From Flavobacteriales bacterium (lineage in GTDB: Bacteria > Bacteroidota > Bacteroidia > Flavobacteriales > BACL11), in contig NZWA01000089.1 of the NCBI GenBank assembly GCA_002697505.1, positions 1 through 40,997 on the forward strand: a stretch of 40,997 nt of DNA, in the 5' to 3' direction. Positions 1 through 9,760 of this stretch are shown piece after piece. The notes under the pieces were generated by a model. It was not told the origin of the DNA. It made no database searches and was given only the letters and a program-made list of their open reading frames with translations. Made by a program: the position numbers and the translations under genes. Position 1 is the first letter of the stretch; every line of letters begins with the position of its first letter.

Positions 1-960
1 GGTGGTAATCCTTGTTTAGAACAATCATTAGAATCATATGAGTTATGTTGTTTAGTAGAAACATTTCCTGATAACCATGATGACTTTGAAGATTATGCAC
101 GAACACTAAAATATGCATACTTATATGCAAAAACCGTAACACTTGGAAGAACACATTGGTCAGACACAAATCGTGTTATGTTGAGAAACAGAAGAATCGG
201 TTGTTCAGTAAGTGGTGTTGCACAATTTATAACTCACAGAGGTTTAGATGAGTTAAAGGAATGGTTAAATGATGGATACGATGTCATACAAGATTGGGAT
301 GATGTATATTCTGATTGGTTTGCTATACCAAAATCAATTAAAACTACTTCAGTTAAACCGAGTGGTACCGTTTCATTATTGGCTGGTAGTACTCCAGGTT
401 TACATTATCCCGAAAGTAGGTTCTATATAAGAAGAATTAGATTATCAATCAATTCGGAGTTAGTTGAACCATTGAAGAAGGCAGGTTATAAAATAGAACC
501 TGCATTTGGTTCTGAAGATTCAACATTGGTAGTTGAGATACCAGTTGATGTTGGTGAAGGAATAAGGACTGCAGGTGACCTAAGTATTTGGGAACAATTC
601 AGTTTGGCCGCCTTCCTACAAAGACATTGGGCAGACAATCAAGTTAGTTGTACCGTAACTTTTAATCCTGAAACAGAGAGTGAAGAGATACCAAATGTAT
701 TGAATTATTTTCAATATCATTTGAAAGGTATTAGTTTACTACCAAGACATGATTATGGTGCATACAAACAGATGCCTTATGAAGCGATTGATGAAAAAGA
801 ATATAATAAACAAATAAGTAAACTTGGGAAGTTATCATTTGGTGTAATCAAATCAGAAGAGGCCAACATAGAAAAATTCTGTGATGGAGACTTTTGTGAT
901 GTAGAAGAAATCACACCAACTGCAGGTGATAACGATGACCAAGAATATACAAATGGTTAA
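1..960 (+). CDS. nrdJ: Ribonucleotide reductase, class II (adenosylcobalamin-dependent, NrdJ/RTPR-like), C-terminal part; 5' end lies outside the window
   Basis: Frame 1 is open from nt 1, so track ORF 178..960 is only the part after the first Met. Translation starts GGNPCLEQSLESYELCCLVE. This is the NPC-x-E thiyl-radical loop, with a second Cys 11 residues downstream. The C-terminal tail has a CDGDFC cysteine pair like the re-reduction pair of RTPR-type enzymes. Confidence 0.7.
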   Translation, partial: GGNPCLEQSLESYELCCLVETFPDNHDDFEDYARTLKYAYLYAKTVTLGRTHWSDTNRVMLRNRRIGCSVSGVAQFITHRGLDELKEWLNDGYDVIQDWDDVYSDWFAIPKSIKTTSVKPSGTVSLLAGSTPGLHYPESRFYIRRIRLSINSELVEPLKKAGYKIEPAFGSEDSTLVVEIPVDVGEGIRTAGDLSIWEQFSLAAFLQRHWADNQVSCTVTFNPETESEEIPNVLNYFQYHLKGISLLPRHDYGAYKQMPYEAIDEKEYNKQISKLGKLSFGVIKSEEANIEKFCDGDFCDVEEITPTAGDNDDQEYTNG

Positions 961-1037
961 AGGTTTCACATACCCTGGCAGAAGGCACACCAGAATAAAA
1001 ATGTGCTGTTCACAAGTAAACAAACAAGGAGATGATT

Positions 1038-3767
1038 ATGAAATATCGTAATCTAATCGCATCAATGGTATTGATGACAGGATTGTTCGCACAATCTATT
1101 GTTGGAACTATCGTTGATGTTGACTCAAATCCACTTGAGGGAGCTAATGTCGTAGTTCTCGGAACAGATTTAGGTGGAGTATCAGATGAAACTGGTGCTT
1201 TTTCTATTAATGTTTCCGAGGGAACCTATGATGTAGTGGCTTCTTTCATTGGTTACTCTTCAATAACTAAATCAGTAGTTGTTGAGGGTGTATCTACATT
1301 AGAATTCGTATTGGATTTTGATGTGGTTTCCTTATCAGATGTTGAGGTGTTAGCATCTCGTGCATCTGAAACAACACCTGTGGCATACACTAATGTTAGT
1401 AAAGAAGAAATGGAAGTTCGTCTTGGTTCACAAGATATTCCAATGATTCTTAACACAACACCAAGTGTTTATGCTACTCAACAAGGTGGTGGTGCGGGTG
1501 ACGCTCGTATCAACATTCGTGGTTTCAATCAAAGAAATGTTGCAGTGATGATTAATGGTGTTCCCCAAAATGATATGGAGAACGGATGGGTCTATTGGTC
1601 TAATTGGGATGGAGTAGGAGATGCTACTTCTTCAATTCAGGTTCAAAGAGGTCTATCAGCTGTTAATTTGGCAACACCTTCTATTGGTGGAACTATGAAT
1701 ATCATTACCGACCCAACATCTTTTGAAAAGGGTGGGAAGTTCAAACAAGAAGCTGGTGATGGTGGTTTTCTTAAAACTACTTTCAACTATAATACTGGTC
1801 TTTTACTTAATGACAAGTTAGCTTTGAGTGGAACTATTGTTCGTAAAACTGGTGATGGAATCATTGATGGAACTTGGACTGATGCATGGGCATACTACTT
1901 TGGTGGTAGTTATGCCGTGAGTGAAGACCAAAGGTTTGAATTATACGCCATCGGTGCTCCACAACGACATGGACAAAATCTATATAAACAGAACATCGCA
2001 ACTTATTCACAAGAGTTAGCAGGTAGTGTTGATGGATATGACACTACAGCTTTTTCAGAAGGTAATAAGTTTGAGACTGAAGCTGGTAGATTGTTTAATC
2101 AAAATGTCGCACCTATTGACCCATCATATACTGGTCAACAATATTGGTATATGTATGGTGCAAGAACAACTAATAGATTCAACAAGAACTTCTTGAACGA
2201 AAGAGAGAACTTCTTCCATAAACCATTAGTGAATTTAAATCACTTCTTAACTATCAATGATAAAACAAGATTAAGTTCTGTTTTATATTGGAGTGGTGGT
2301 TCTGGTGGTGGTACTGGTACATATGGTAGTGTATCAAGAACACCAGCAGTTGAAGGAGAAAGATGGTATGCAAGTTCACCATGGGCTTGGGATTGGAATG
2401 CAGAGATTGCACAAAATTCCGATAACATTGATGAGAACTTCTCTACCACAGAAAATCGTTCAACAGGTATCCTTCGTAATTCTATTAATCGTCAGAACAC
2501 ATATGGTTTGATTTCTAAATTAAACTATGAGTTGAATGACAACTTAGAACTACAAGTTGGATTAGATTGGAGAACTGCTCGTATAGAACACGCTCGTGAA
2601 GTTCGTGATTTATTGGGTGGAGATTACTATGTTGATTATGCAGACGATAACTTTGAAGAAGGTAAAGTCGTGAGACTCGGTGACGAGATTGCATATCACA
2701 ACGAAACAACCGTAGATTGGTTAGGTGGATTCGTTCAAGGTAATTATACTACAGAAAAACTAAACCTATATGGTATGGGTGGAGTTTCTTCTATTGAGTA
2801 TTCTTATCAAGACCATTTCACTATTGCAGATGAAGTAATTACTGCAGACCCAATCACAACTTACCAAGTTAAAGGTGGTGCATTATATAATGTAAATGAG
2901 AACCTTGGAGTATTCATCAATAGTGGATATGTCCAAAAGGCTCCTATCTTAGATAATGTTATCACTTATGATGGAGTAGTTGCAACAGACCCAGACAATG
3001 AGAAATTCTTACATAATGAGTTTGGTGCAAACTTCGGTACACAAAAACTTGGAGTTAGAGTTAGTGCATACAATACTGATTGGCAAGATAGAAACCTTAC
3101 AAAATCTGTACAAACAGGTCAAGGTTCATCAGGTGATACTGATGTTATCTTCCTAAAAGGTGTAAATCAGAAACACCAAGGTCTTGAGATTGAAACTAAG
3201 ATTCAACCAAATGATATGGTAGAACTTGACTTAATCGCAAGTTTTGGTAATTGGAAATTTGATGGTGATGCCGATGGTACTTACCAAGAAAATGAGTACA
3301 ATGATGAAGGCCAAGTGATTGGTTATCAGACTACTGATTATGCATATGCACTTGATGGATTATATGTTGGTGATATGCCACAGACTGCCTATATTTTAGG
3401 TGTTACTCTTAAACCAATTAAAGGTTTGAGATTACAGGCACTATACAAAACATATGATAAAAACTATTCTGATTGGAGTCCAGACGCAAGAGAGATTGAA
3501 GATGGAGTCGCAGATAGAAGTCAAGTATGGGAAGCCCCAGGTTACTCAAAACTTGACTTACACGCATCATATAAACTTCCTATCAAGGGATACGACATTT
3601 CTTTAAATGCTCATGTATTCAACGCACTTGATGAAGTATTTGTACAAGATGCAGTTGATAATAGTAAATACAATGGGTTCGGTGATAAACTTCACTTGGC
3701 ACATAATGCAGAAGTATTCTTGGGTACACCAAGATATGCAAACATTGGAGTTTCTATTAACTTCTAA
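1038..3767 (+). CDS. TonB-dependent outer-membrane receptor with N-terminal CarboxypepD_reg-like domain (Bacteroidota-style architecture)
   Basis: Signal peptide MKYRNLIASMVLMTGLFA/QS. Beta-sandwich segment IVGTIVDVDSNPLEGANVVVLG...GYSSITKSVVV. Plug motifs (RINIRGFNQRNVAVMINGVPQND, SIQVQRG). Long Gly/Tyr/Asn-rich barrel ending ...GVSINF, a terminal-Phe OMP signature. AAGGAG at 1026-1031 favours ATG 1038 over ATG 1032. Confidence 0.85.
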   Translation: MKYRNLIASMVLMTGLFAQSIVGTIVDVDSNPLEGANVVVLGTDLGGVSDETGAFSINVSEGTYDVVASFIGYSSITKSVVVEGVSTLEFVLDFDVVSLSDVEVLASRASETTPVAYTNVSKEEMEVRLGSQDIPMILNTTPSVYATQQGGGAGDARINIRGFNQRNVAVMINGVPQNDMENGWVYWSNWDGVGDATSSIQVQRGLSAVNLATPSIGGTMNIITDPTSFEKGGKFKQEAGDGGFLKTTFNYNTGLLLNDKLALSGTIVRKTGDGIIDGTWTDAWAYYFGGSYAVSEDQRFELYAIGAPQRHGQNLYKQNIATYSQELAGSVDGYDTTAFSEGNKFETEAGRLFNQNVAPIDPSYTGQQYWYMYGARTTNRFNKNFLNERENFFHKPLVNLNHFLTINDKTRLSSVLYWSGGSGGGTGTYGSVSRTPAVEGERWYASSPWAWDWNAEIAQNSDNIDENFSTTENRSTGILRNSINRQNTYGLISKLNYELNDNLELQVGLDWRTARIEHAREVRDLLGGDYYVDYADDNFEEGKVVRLGDEIAYHNETTVDWLGGFVQGNYTTEKLNLYGMGGVSSIEYSYQDHFTIADEVITADPITTYQVKGGALYNVNENLGVFINSGYVQKAPILDNVITYDGVVATDPDNEKFLHNEFGANFGTQKLGVRVSAYNTDWQDRNLTKSVQTGQGSSGDTDVIFLKGVNQKHQGLEIETKIQPNDMVELDLIASFGNWKFDGDADGTYQENEYNDEGQVIGYQTTDYAYALDGLYVGDMPQTAYILGVTLKPIKGLRLQALYKTYDKNYSDWSPDAREIEDGVADRSQVWEAPGYSKLDLHASYKLPIKGYDISLNAHVFNALDEVFVQDAVDNSKYNGFGDKLHLAHNAEVFLGTPRYANIGVSINF

Positions 3768-3775
3768 TTATAATT

Positions 3776-3807
3776 TGGGTGGTTGAAATATACCACCCAT
3801 TTTATTT
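3776..3807 (+). terminator. Rho-independent terminator after the receptor gene
   Basis: TGGGTGGT (3776-3783) pairs with ACCACCCA (3792-3799) around an 8-nt loop. The stem is followed by TTTTATTT. Confidence 0.7.
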
Positions 3808-3810
3808 AAA

Positions 3811-3847
3811 AAAAAGCTTGACAAGCATAGGGTTTTATTAGTATATT
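3811..3847 (+). promoter_or_regulatory. Class A sigma70-like promoter, copy 1 (A-tract, CTTGACA, ATAG, TATATT)
   Basis: AAAAAGCTTGACAAGCATAG...TATATT. The -35 TTGACA is at 3818-3823 and the -10 TATATT at 3842-3847, with an 18-nt spacer. The same architecture recurs at 15861, 35205 and 40061. Confidence 0.6.
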
Positions 3848-3878
3848 TAGTTATAAAATAAGGGACATTACAACCTAA

Positions 3879-6386
3879 ATGTATCAGAACATATATTTTG
3901 ACAATCGTAGACAGAAAGTTCATCTTTGGGATGACAAGAAAGGGTATTTGATTATACCTTATAAAAAGTATGCCTATGTAAAAAATTCAAATGGACATCA
4001 TGTTTCATTATATGGGGATAGATTAAAGAAAGTATTTAATTATGATAAAGAAGACCCAACACTACATGAATCAGATGTACCACCAACAACAAGATTTTTA
4101 GTAGACCAATATACAGACTCAGACGAAGTATCAGAAGGACATAGAAAAGTATTTTTTGATATTGAGGTTGAAGTCACCGATGGTTTTCCTGATGTGATGA
4201 AGGCAACCAATGTTATAACTTCTATTGCATTATACGATTTCATGACAGAGACATACTTTACTTATGTTTATGATGCAAAGAGAAGACTTACATCATATAC
4301 CAAAGATAATAAAATAGTAGAAGTATATGATACTGAATATGAGATGTTGAATAAGTTCTTTCAAAAGTATTTAGAAATTAAACCAACTATTATTAGTGGT
4401 TGGAACTCAGACTACTTTGATATTCCTTATCTATATAATAGGGCAGTAAATGTATTGGGTGTAAGTGTGGCAAACTTGATGTCACCAATATCAGAAGTTT
4501 ACTACAATGATTTTAAAAAGAGATATGTCATTGCAGGAGTTAGTTGTTTAGACTATCTATCATTATATAGAAAGTTTTCGTTCTCTCAACAATCAAGTTA
4601 TCGTTTAGATTATATCGGAGAAGTAGAAGTCAATATGAACAAGGTAGAATACGAAGGAACATTGAACGACCTATATGAAAATGACTTACAGACTTTCGTT
4701 GATTACAATATCCGAGATGTAAAAATATTAGTTGAGTTAGATAAGAAATTAAATTTGATTGAGATATCACGAGGTATTGCACACCTTGGACACATACCTT
4801 ATGAAGAAGTGTTTATGAGTTCAAGATATCTTGAAGGTGCTATATTAGTATACCTAAAGAAACTTGGTATTGTCGCACCTAACAAACCACCAAGACCAAA
4901 AACATTTGATGACGATAAGTTCGCAGGTGCCTATGTTCAACCACCACAAAAGGGTAAACATGATTGGGTATATGATTTGGATATCACAAGTATGTATCCG
5001 AGTGTGATTCGTTCATTAAATATATCACCAGAGACTAAACTTGGTAAGGTTGAAGGTTGGGAAGCAGAAGAATATTTAAAGAAAGATAATGTAAAGACCT
5101 ATACTATGAATGATAAGAAAGGTAAAGAGATAGGTAAGTTTACAAATGGTGAATTAGAAAATTATTTATTAACTAATGATATTAGTATTGCCTCTAATGG
5201 TGTTTTATATCGTACAGATAAACAAGGATTGATTCCTGCACTACTTACCAAGTGGTTCAATGAAAGAGTTGAAATGAGAAAACTTGTTAAGAAATATAAT
5301 GAAGAGGGTAATAAAGAATTAGAAGATTACTTTGATAGAAGACAATACATACAGAAGATTATTCTAAACTCTTTGTATGGTGTATTGGGTCTATCAGTAT
5401 TTAGATTTTATGACTTGGATAATGCAGAGGCAACGACTCTAACTGGTCAAGCCTTAATTAAGTTCAGTAAGAAGATAACGAATCATTTTTATAATAAAGA
5501 ACTTGGTACTAACAAAGACTATGTTATATACATAGATACTGATTCTATCTTTGCCTCTGCTATTCCATTGGTTGAAAAGAGATTCCCTAATCAAAATCTA
5601 AGTGACACAATGATGACACAAAGGATTATGGAAATTTGTAGTGAAGTACAAGACTATCTGAACGATAGTTATAATTTCTTTTCAAAGAAGTTTTGTAATG
5701 TAGAGATAGATAAACATGTATTTGATATTAAACAAGAGGTGGTTGCAAAGAGTGGATTGTTTATTACGAAGAAACGATATGGATTACGAATCATTAATGA
5801 TGCAGGTCGTAAAGTAAATAAGATTCATGTTAAAGGATTGGATACGGTTCGTAGTAACTTTGCAGTTGCGATGAAAGAATTATTGGGTAATGTATTGGAT
5901 GATATACTGGCAGATGTTCCAAAGGAAAAGATTGATGAAAGGATATCATTGTTCAAAAGAAATATGGAATCACTTCACTATGATGTTATGGCAAATCCAA
6001 TCGGTGTAAAGGGTATTGGTAAGTACGAGGTTGAGGAAGAAGACTCACCATTTAAGACATATAAAAAAGGATGTCCTGTACATGTAAAATCTGCAATCAA
6101 TTATAACTCATTATTAGACTATTGGTATGAGGGTAGAAAGTATGAAAGGATTACCAATGGTAGTAAAATTAAGTGGGTGTACTTGAAGAATAATGAGTTT
6201 GGATTTGATACAATAGGTTATAAAGGTTATGAAGACCCACCACAAATATTAGAATTAATTAAGACACATATAGACCATGATAGAATGTTTGAACAGGCAA
6301 TGAGTAAGAAGATTGGTATGTTCTATCAGGCAATGTCGTGGGATGCAGTAGTAGATAAAACAAAAAGTATAGAGAGGTTTTTCTAA
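3879..6386 (+). CDS. polB: Family B DNA polymerase (T4 gp43-like) with 3'-5' exonuclease domain
   Basis: Exo I FFDIEV, Exo II SGWNSDYFDIPYL, Exo III YNIRDV. Pol motif A DLDITSMYPSVI, motif B KIILNSLYGVLG, motif C YIDTDSIF. Confidence 0.95.
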   Translation: MYQNIYFDNRRQKVHLWDDKKGYLIIPYKKYAYVKNSNGHHVSLYGDRLKKVFNYDKEDPTLHESDVPPTTRFLVDQYTDSDEVSEGHRKVFFDIEVEVTDGFPDVMKATNVITSIALYDFMTETYFTYVYDAKRRLTSYTKDNKIVEVYDTEYEMLNKFFQKYLEIKPTIISGWNSDYFDIPYLYNRAVNVLGVSVANLMSPISEVYYNDFKKRYVIAGVSCLDYLSLYRKFSFSQQSSYRLDYIGEVEVNMNKVEYEGTLNDLYENDLQTFVDYNIRDVKILVELDKKLNLIEISRGIAHLGHIPYEEVFMSSRYLEGAILVYLKKLGIVAPNKPPRPKTFDDDKFAGAYVQPPQKGKHDWVYDLDITSMYPSVIRSLNISPETKLGKVEGWEAEEYLKKDNVKTYTMNDKKGKEIGKFTNGELENYLLTNDISIASNGVLYRTDKQGLIPALLTKWFNERVEMRKLVKKYNEEGNKELEDYFDRRQYIQKIILNSLYGVLGLSVFRFYDLDNAEATTLTGQALIKFSKKITNHFYNKELGTNKDYVIYIDTDSIFASAIPLVEKRFPNQNLSDTMMTQRIMEICSEVQDYLNDSYNFFSKKFCNVEIDKHVFDIKQEVVAKSGLFITKKRYGLRIINDAGRKVNKIHVKGLDTVRSNFAVAMKELLGNVLDDILADVPKEKIDERISLFKRNMESLHYDVMANPIGVKGIGKYEVEEEDSPFKTYKKGCPVHVKSAINYNSLLDYWYEGRKYERITNGSKIKWVYLKNNEFGFDTIGYKGYEDPPQILELIKTHIDHDRMFEQAMSKKIGMFYQAMSWDAVVDKTKSIERFF

Positions 6387-6826
6387 TGGCACGAGACCCA
6401 TTTAAAAAGATGATGTCAAATGTAAATATGTCATCACAAAATCAAGGTAGTACAAGAGGAAATTTAAACTCAAAACTAAAGAGAGAGTTAGCAGTTAGTA
6501 AAGAGGGTAGAATTTACAGATATAAAAAACAACTTGAAGTTGGTATAACAAGAGATGATTTGGAAGAACAATTTAAAAAACAAAAGGGTTGTGACTATTG
6601 GATGCCACATTATCAAATAGATTTGAATGAAATATTTGTACCACATTCAATCAAGGCACCATCAGTTGACAGATGGCCTGACCCAAAGGGTGGTTATGTC
6701 AAGGGTAATTTTGTAATCACTACAAGGTTTATGAATCTTGGTAGGTCTAATTATCCTGAAGATAAGTTTCAAGAATTTTTAAAAGAAATGTTTGGGGAAC
6801 CAACAAAAATTGAAAAATATTTTTGA
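6386..6826 (+). CDS. Hypothetical protein; the C-terminal segment resembles degenerate HNH/His-Me-finger nucleases
   Basis: TAATG coupling to polB. APSVDRWPDPKGGYVKGNFVITTRFMNLGRSN resembles the S-x-DRID-x-KGY-x-x-GN...N-x-x-K pattern of some phage HNH-annotated proteins. The match is weak. Confidence 0.4.
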   Translation: MARDPFKKMMSNVNMSSQNQGSTRGNLNSKLKRELAVSKEGRIYRYKKQLEVGITRDDLEEQFKKQKGCDYWMPHYQIDLNEIFVPHSIKAPSVDRWPDPKGGYVKGNFVITTRFMNLGRSNYPEDKFQEFLKEMFGEPTKIEKYF

Positions 6827-6857
6827 TTTTGAGAAAACTAATATATATGTATATATA
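6823..6857 (+). promoter_or_regulatory. Class B intergenic motif, copy 1 (TTGATT-N13-TATATATGTATATATA)
   Basis: TTGATT is at 6823-6828 and TATATATGTATATATA at 6842-6857, 29 nt upstream of the clamp ATG. The geometry is identical to the copy at 18802-18836. Confidence 0.45.
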
Positions 6858-6885
6858 TAGAATATTAACAATAGGAGAATGACAA

Positions 6886-7617
6886 ATGGATAAAAACAAA
6901 TTAGTTGGGTTTATCAACAAATATCATCTTGGTGGAGAGATAAAATCTACTAAGATTGAATCAAATGGAAAGTCACTTACAACAAGATTTATCTCAGGTG
7001 ATAAGTCTGTAGTTGGTAGTGTTAAAATGGATAAGTTTGATGCGTTTGACCCAAGTGAGATTGGAGTTTATAATACTTCACAATTATTATCACTACTTTC
7101 TGTAGTTGGTGATGATGTGGACTTCACAATAGATAACATGGGTGGAAAGTTTGTATCACTACAAATGAAAGACTCAGGTCATGGAACAACATCAAAATAT
7201 ATGTTGAGTGACTTAAGTGTTATCCCAACACCACCACCACTAAAAAACTTACCAAGTGAATTTGAATTAGAATTAAAATTAGATTCATATTTTATTGGTA
7301 CATTTATTAATGGTAAAGGTGCCTTACCTGAAACTGAAACATTTACAATCATTGCAGACAATGATAAAGTAAATATTGTAATTGGATTTTCTAACATTGC
7401 ATCCAATAGAGTTACAATACCTGTTAGTGTAGATAACTATTCAGATATTGAACCTATTTCATTCAGTGCTGAAATGTTTTCAAGTATATTAAGTGCGAAT
7501 AAAGAATGTCAAAATGCAACTATGAAAGTATCATCTGCAGGGTTATCAAAGATTAACTTCTCAATAGATGATTATGAATCAGAGTATTATTTAGTATCAA
7601 CACAATCTAATACATAA
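6886..7617 (+). CDS. Sliding clamp (T4 gp45-like)
   Basis: Size (243 aa) and position fit. SEIGVYNTSQLLSLLSVVGDDVDFTI aligns by eye with T4 gp45 FDVAIYDLNGFLGILSLVNDDAEIS. RBS AGGAG lies upstream. Confidence 0.65.
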   Translation: MDKNKLVGFINKYHLGGEIKSTKIESNGKSLTTRFISGDKSVVGSVKMDKFDAFDPSEIGVYNTSQLLSLLSVVGDDVDFTIDNMGGKFVSLQMKDSGHGTTSKYMLSDLSVIPTPPPLKNLPSEFELELKLDSYFIGTFINGKGALPETETFTIIADNDKVNIVIGFSNIASNRVTIPVSVDNYSDIEPISFSAEMFSSILSANKECQNATMKVSSAGLSKINFSIDDYESEYYLVSTQSNT

Positions 7618-8837
7618 TGTATTTATCGTACTTTGACAAATTCTATGATATGGAACCTTATCTTTACATAGATGAGGTTGAGTGGGAGTATATCAAAAAC
7701 ACCTTTGATAAACAAGATGTAAGAGAAAGTCTTGCAAAGGTTGCGATGTCTTACCCACCACCATACATGGATATATCTGAGAAAGATGCATTAAAACAAC
7801 TTCAGAAACTAAAAGGAATGAGACATAATGAAATTTTAGTTGAAGGAGAGTGGTTTGCACGAGAAGGTACAGAGTACAGATATGATTTAACTTTTGAAGG
7901 TAAACAACAATACTTCAAAAGAAATAATACAGGTAATGATTCAAGTAATTATTTTCAACAAAAGAATAGGTGGAGTGTTGATGGTACAATTGCACCAGGC
8001 CCACATAGAACATGGGAAAGTCATAAGTTTATGACAACATTAATTGGGTCTGCATACTCTCTAAAGTTACCTAAGATTGATAAGAGTGCATTTCGTGTAA
8101 TGATTGGATTGAGAAAATATATTTGTTCTCAATTCAAACCAAATGTTGCAAAGGTATTGTATGATAAATTAGAGAGTAAAAGTATCTTAGACTTTAGTGC
8201 GGGTTGGGGTGATAGACTTGCAGGATTCTATGCAAGTGAAACAGGTGAGTCTTATCTTGGGATAGACCCACGAAAAGAAAATCATCCCATCTATGAAGAA
8301 CAGAAACAATTCTATGAAAAACATAGAACTATGTTTGAGGTTGATAAAAAGAGTATGTTTGTAGAGTATCCTGCAGAGGACTTTGAATATCAAAAGAATA
8401 TGTATGATACCGTATTTACATCACCACCTTACTTTAGTGTTGAGAGATATAGTTATGATGACACTCAGAGTTGGGTAAGATATAAAGATATTGATACATG
8501 GAATACTCAGTTCTTACAAAAAACATTAGAAAAAATATGGCCTTCAATCAAAAGAGGTGGATATTTATTAGTGAACATTGCAGATGTATTTGCACGAACA
8601 GGTGGACAGAGAAACATGGTAGAGATATGTAATCCTATGAATAATTTCTTAAGTACATTCCACGATTCAGAATATAAAGGTTGTATTGGAATGGAGATGG
8701 CAAAGAGACCTAATAGTGGTGGTGCAGGAATGGCACGAGAGACAGATGAAAGGTTTCAAGACTCTACAATACAAAGAGCAGAGGAAACTAAGGATAAAAG
8801 ATTTTGTGAACCAATTTGGATTTGGAGAAAGTTATAA
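7617..8837 (+). CDS. SAM-dependent methyltransferase with SPPY motif (candidate orphan N6-adenine/N4-cytosine DNA methyltransferase)
   Basis: Motif I-like ILDFSAGWGDRLAG is followed about 75 aa later by motif IV-like VFTSPPYF, then GGYLLVNIADV. A long N-terminal region (~180 aa) has unknown function. Confidence 0.55.
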   Translation: MYLSYFDKFYDMEPYLYIDEVEWEYIKNTFDKQDVRESLAKVAMSYPPPYMDISEKDALKQLQKLKGMRHNEILVEGEWFAREGTEYRYDLTFEGKQQYFKRNNTGNDSSNYFQQKNRWSVDGTIAPGPHRTWESHKFMTTLIGSAYSLKLPKIDKSAFRVMIGLRKYICSQFKPNVAKVLYDKLESKSILDFSAGWGDRLAGFYASETGESYLGIDPRKENHPIYEEQKQFYEKHRTMFEVDKKSMFVEYPAEDFEYQKNMYDTVFTSPPYFSVERYSYDDTQSWVRYKDIDTWNTQFLQKTLEKIWPSIKRGGYLLVNIADVFARTGGQRNMVEICNPMNNFLSTFHDSEYKGCIGMEMAKRPNSGGAGMARETDERFQDSTIQRAEETKDKRFCEPIWIWRKL

Positions 8838-9760
8838 TGGATGAAATTAAAAATTCCCTATGGGTAGAAAAGTACCGACCTACAAGTCTTGACACTTATA
8901 TAGGTAATGAACACCTAAAGAGTAAGGTCAAGTTATATCTTGAGAGTGGAGATTTACCACACCTTCTATTGTTTGGTAGGGCTGGTACAGGTAAAACCAC
9001 TCTCGCTAAGTTACTCGTCAATAACATTGAATGTGATTATCTATACATCAATGCATCTGATGAGAGAAAACTTGAAATGGTAAGAGACAAGGTAAAAAAC
9101 TTTGCCTCTACTATTGGGTTTTCAAATATGAAAGTTGTGATTCTTGATGAGGCAGATTACATTACACCTGCATCACAGGCCGCACTTCGTAATCTTATGG
9201 AGACATTTAGTAAACATTGTAGGTTTATCTTAACTTGTAATTATGTTGAGAGAATCATTGACCCAATACAATCAAGGTGTCAATCATTTCAGATTATTCC
9301 ACCTGATAGAAAACAAGTTGCAGTACATCTAAGTGATATCCTACAGAAAGAAAAGGTTAATGCAAAGGTTGATGATATTGTAACAATAGTTAATAGTGGG
9401 TTTCCTGATTTAAGAAGAGTAATTAATGGTGCACAAAGACAAGTTGTAGATGGTGAGTTGATTATTGATGAGGGAATGAGTATACAAAACGACTATAAAG
9501 TAAAGGTATTAGAAATACTTAAGACACAAGATAAGAAAAACTCATTCAAGAATATAAGACAAGTACTTGCAGATTCAAAGGTAACAGACTTCTCAGACTT
9601 ATTTAGATTATTATTTGATACCGTGGATGATTGGGGTAAAGGTCATGTTGCAGAATGTATATTAGCATTGAGTCAGTATCAACAGAGTGATGCAGTAGTG
9701 GTAGATAAAGAGATAAATATCATGGCAATGTTTATAGAAATATTGGGAGTTATAAAATAG
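8837..9760 (+). CDS. Clamp loader AAA+ ATPase subunit (T4 gp44 / RFC small-subunit-like)
   Basis: LWVEKYRP RFC box, Walker A GRAGTGKTT, Walker B VVILDEAD, and a SRC motif (IQSRCQSF). ATG 8837 overlaps the upstream stop (TAATG). The track start at 8816 is an in-frame alternative. Confidence 0.9.
   Translation: MDEIKNSLWVEKYRPTSLDTYIGNEHLKSKVKLYLESGDLPHLLLFGRAGTGKTTLAKLLVNNIECDYLYINASDERKLEMVRDKVKNFASTIGFSNMKVVILDEADYITPASQAALRNLMETFSKHCRFILTCNYVERIIDPIQSRCQSFQIIPPDRKQVAVHLSDILQKEKVNAKVDDIVTIVNSGFPDLRRVINGAQRQVVDGELIIDEGMSIQNDYKVKVLEILKTQDKKNSFKNIRQVLADSKVTDFSDLFRLLFDTVDDWGKGHVAECILALSQYQQSDAVVVDKEINIMAMFIEILGVIK

Noticed and set aside
2293-2511. 72-aa + strand ORF inside the TBDR gene
   Set aside because: It is out of frame within a gene whose frame is supported by plug and barrel motifs. 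Its His/Val/Gln-rich translation looks like a frame artefact.
8881-8915. CTTGACACTTATATAGG inside the gp44-like gene as a fifth class A promoter
   Set aside because: The ATAG box is displaced (N6 instead of N4), no TATATT follows at the correct distance, and the site is intragenic.
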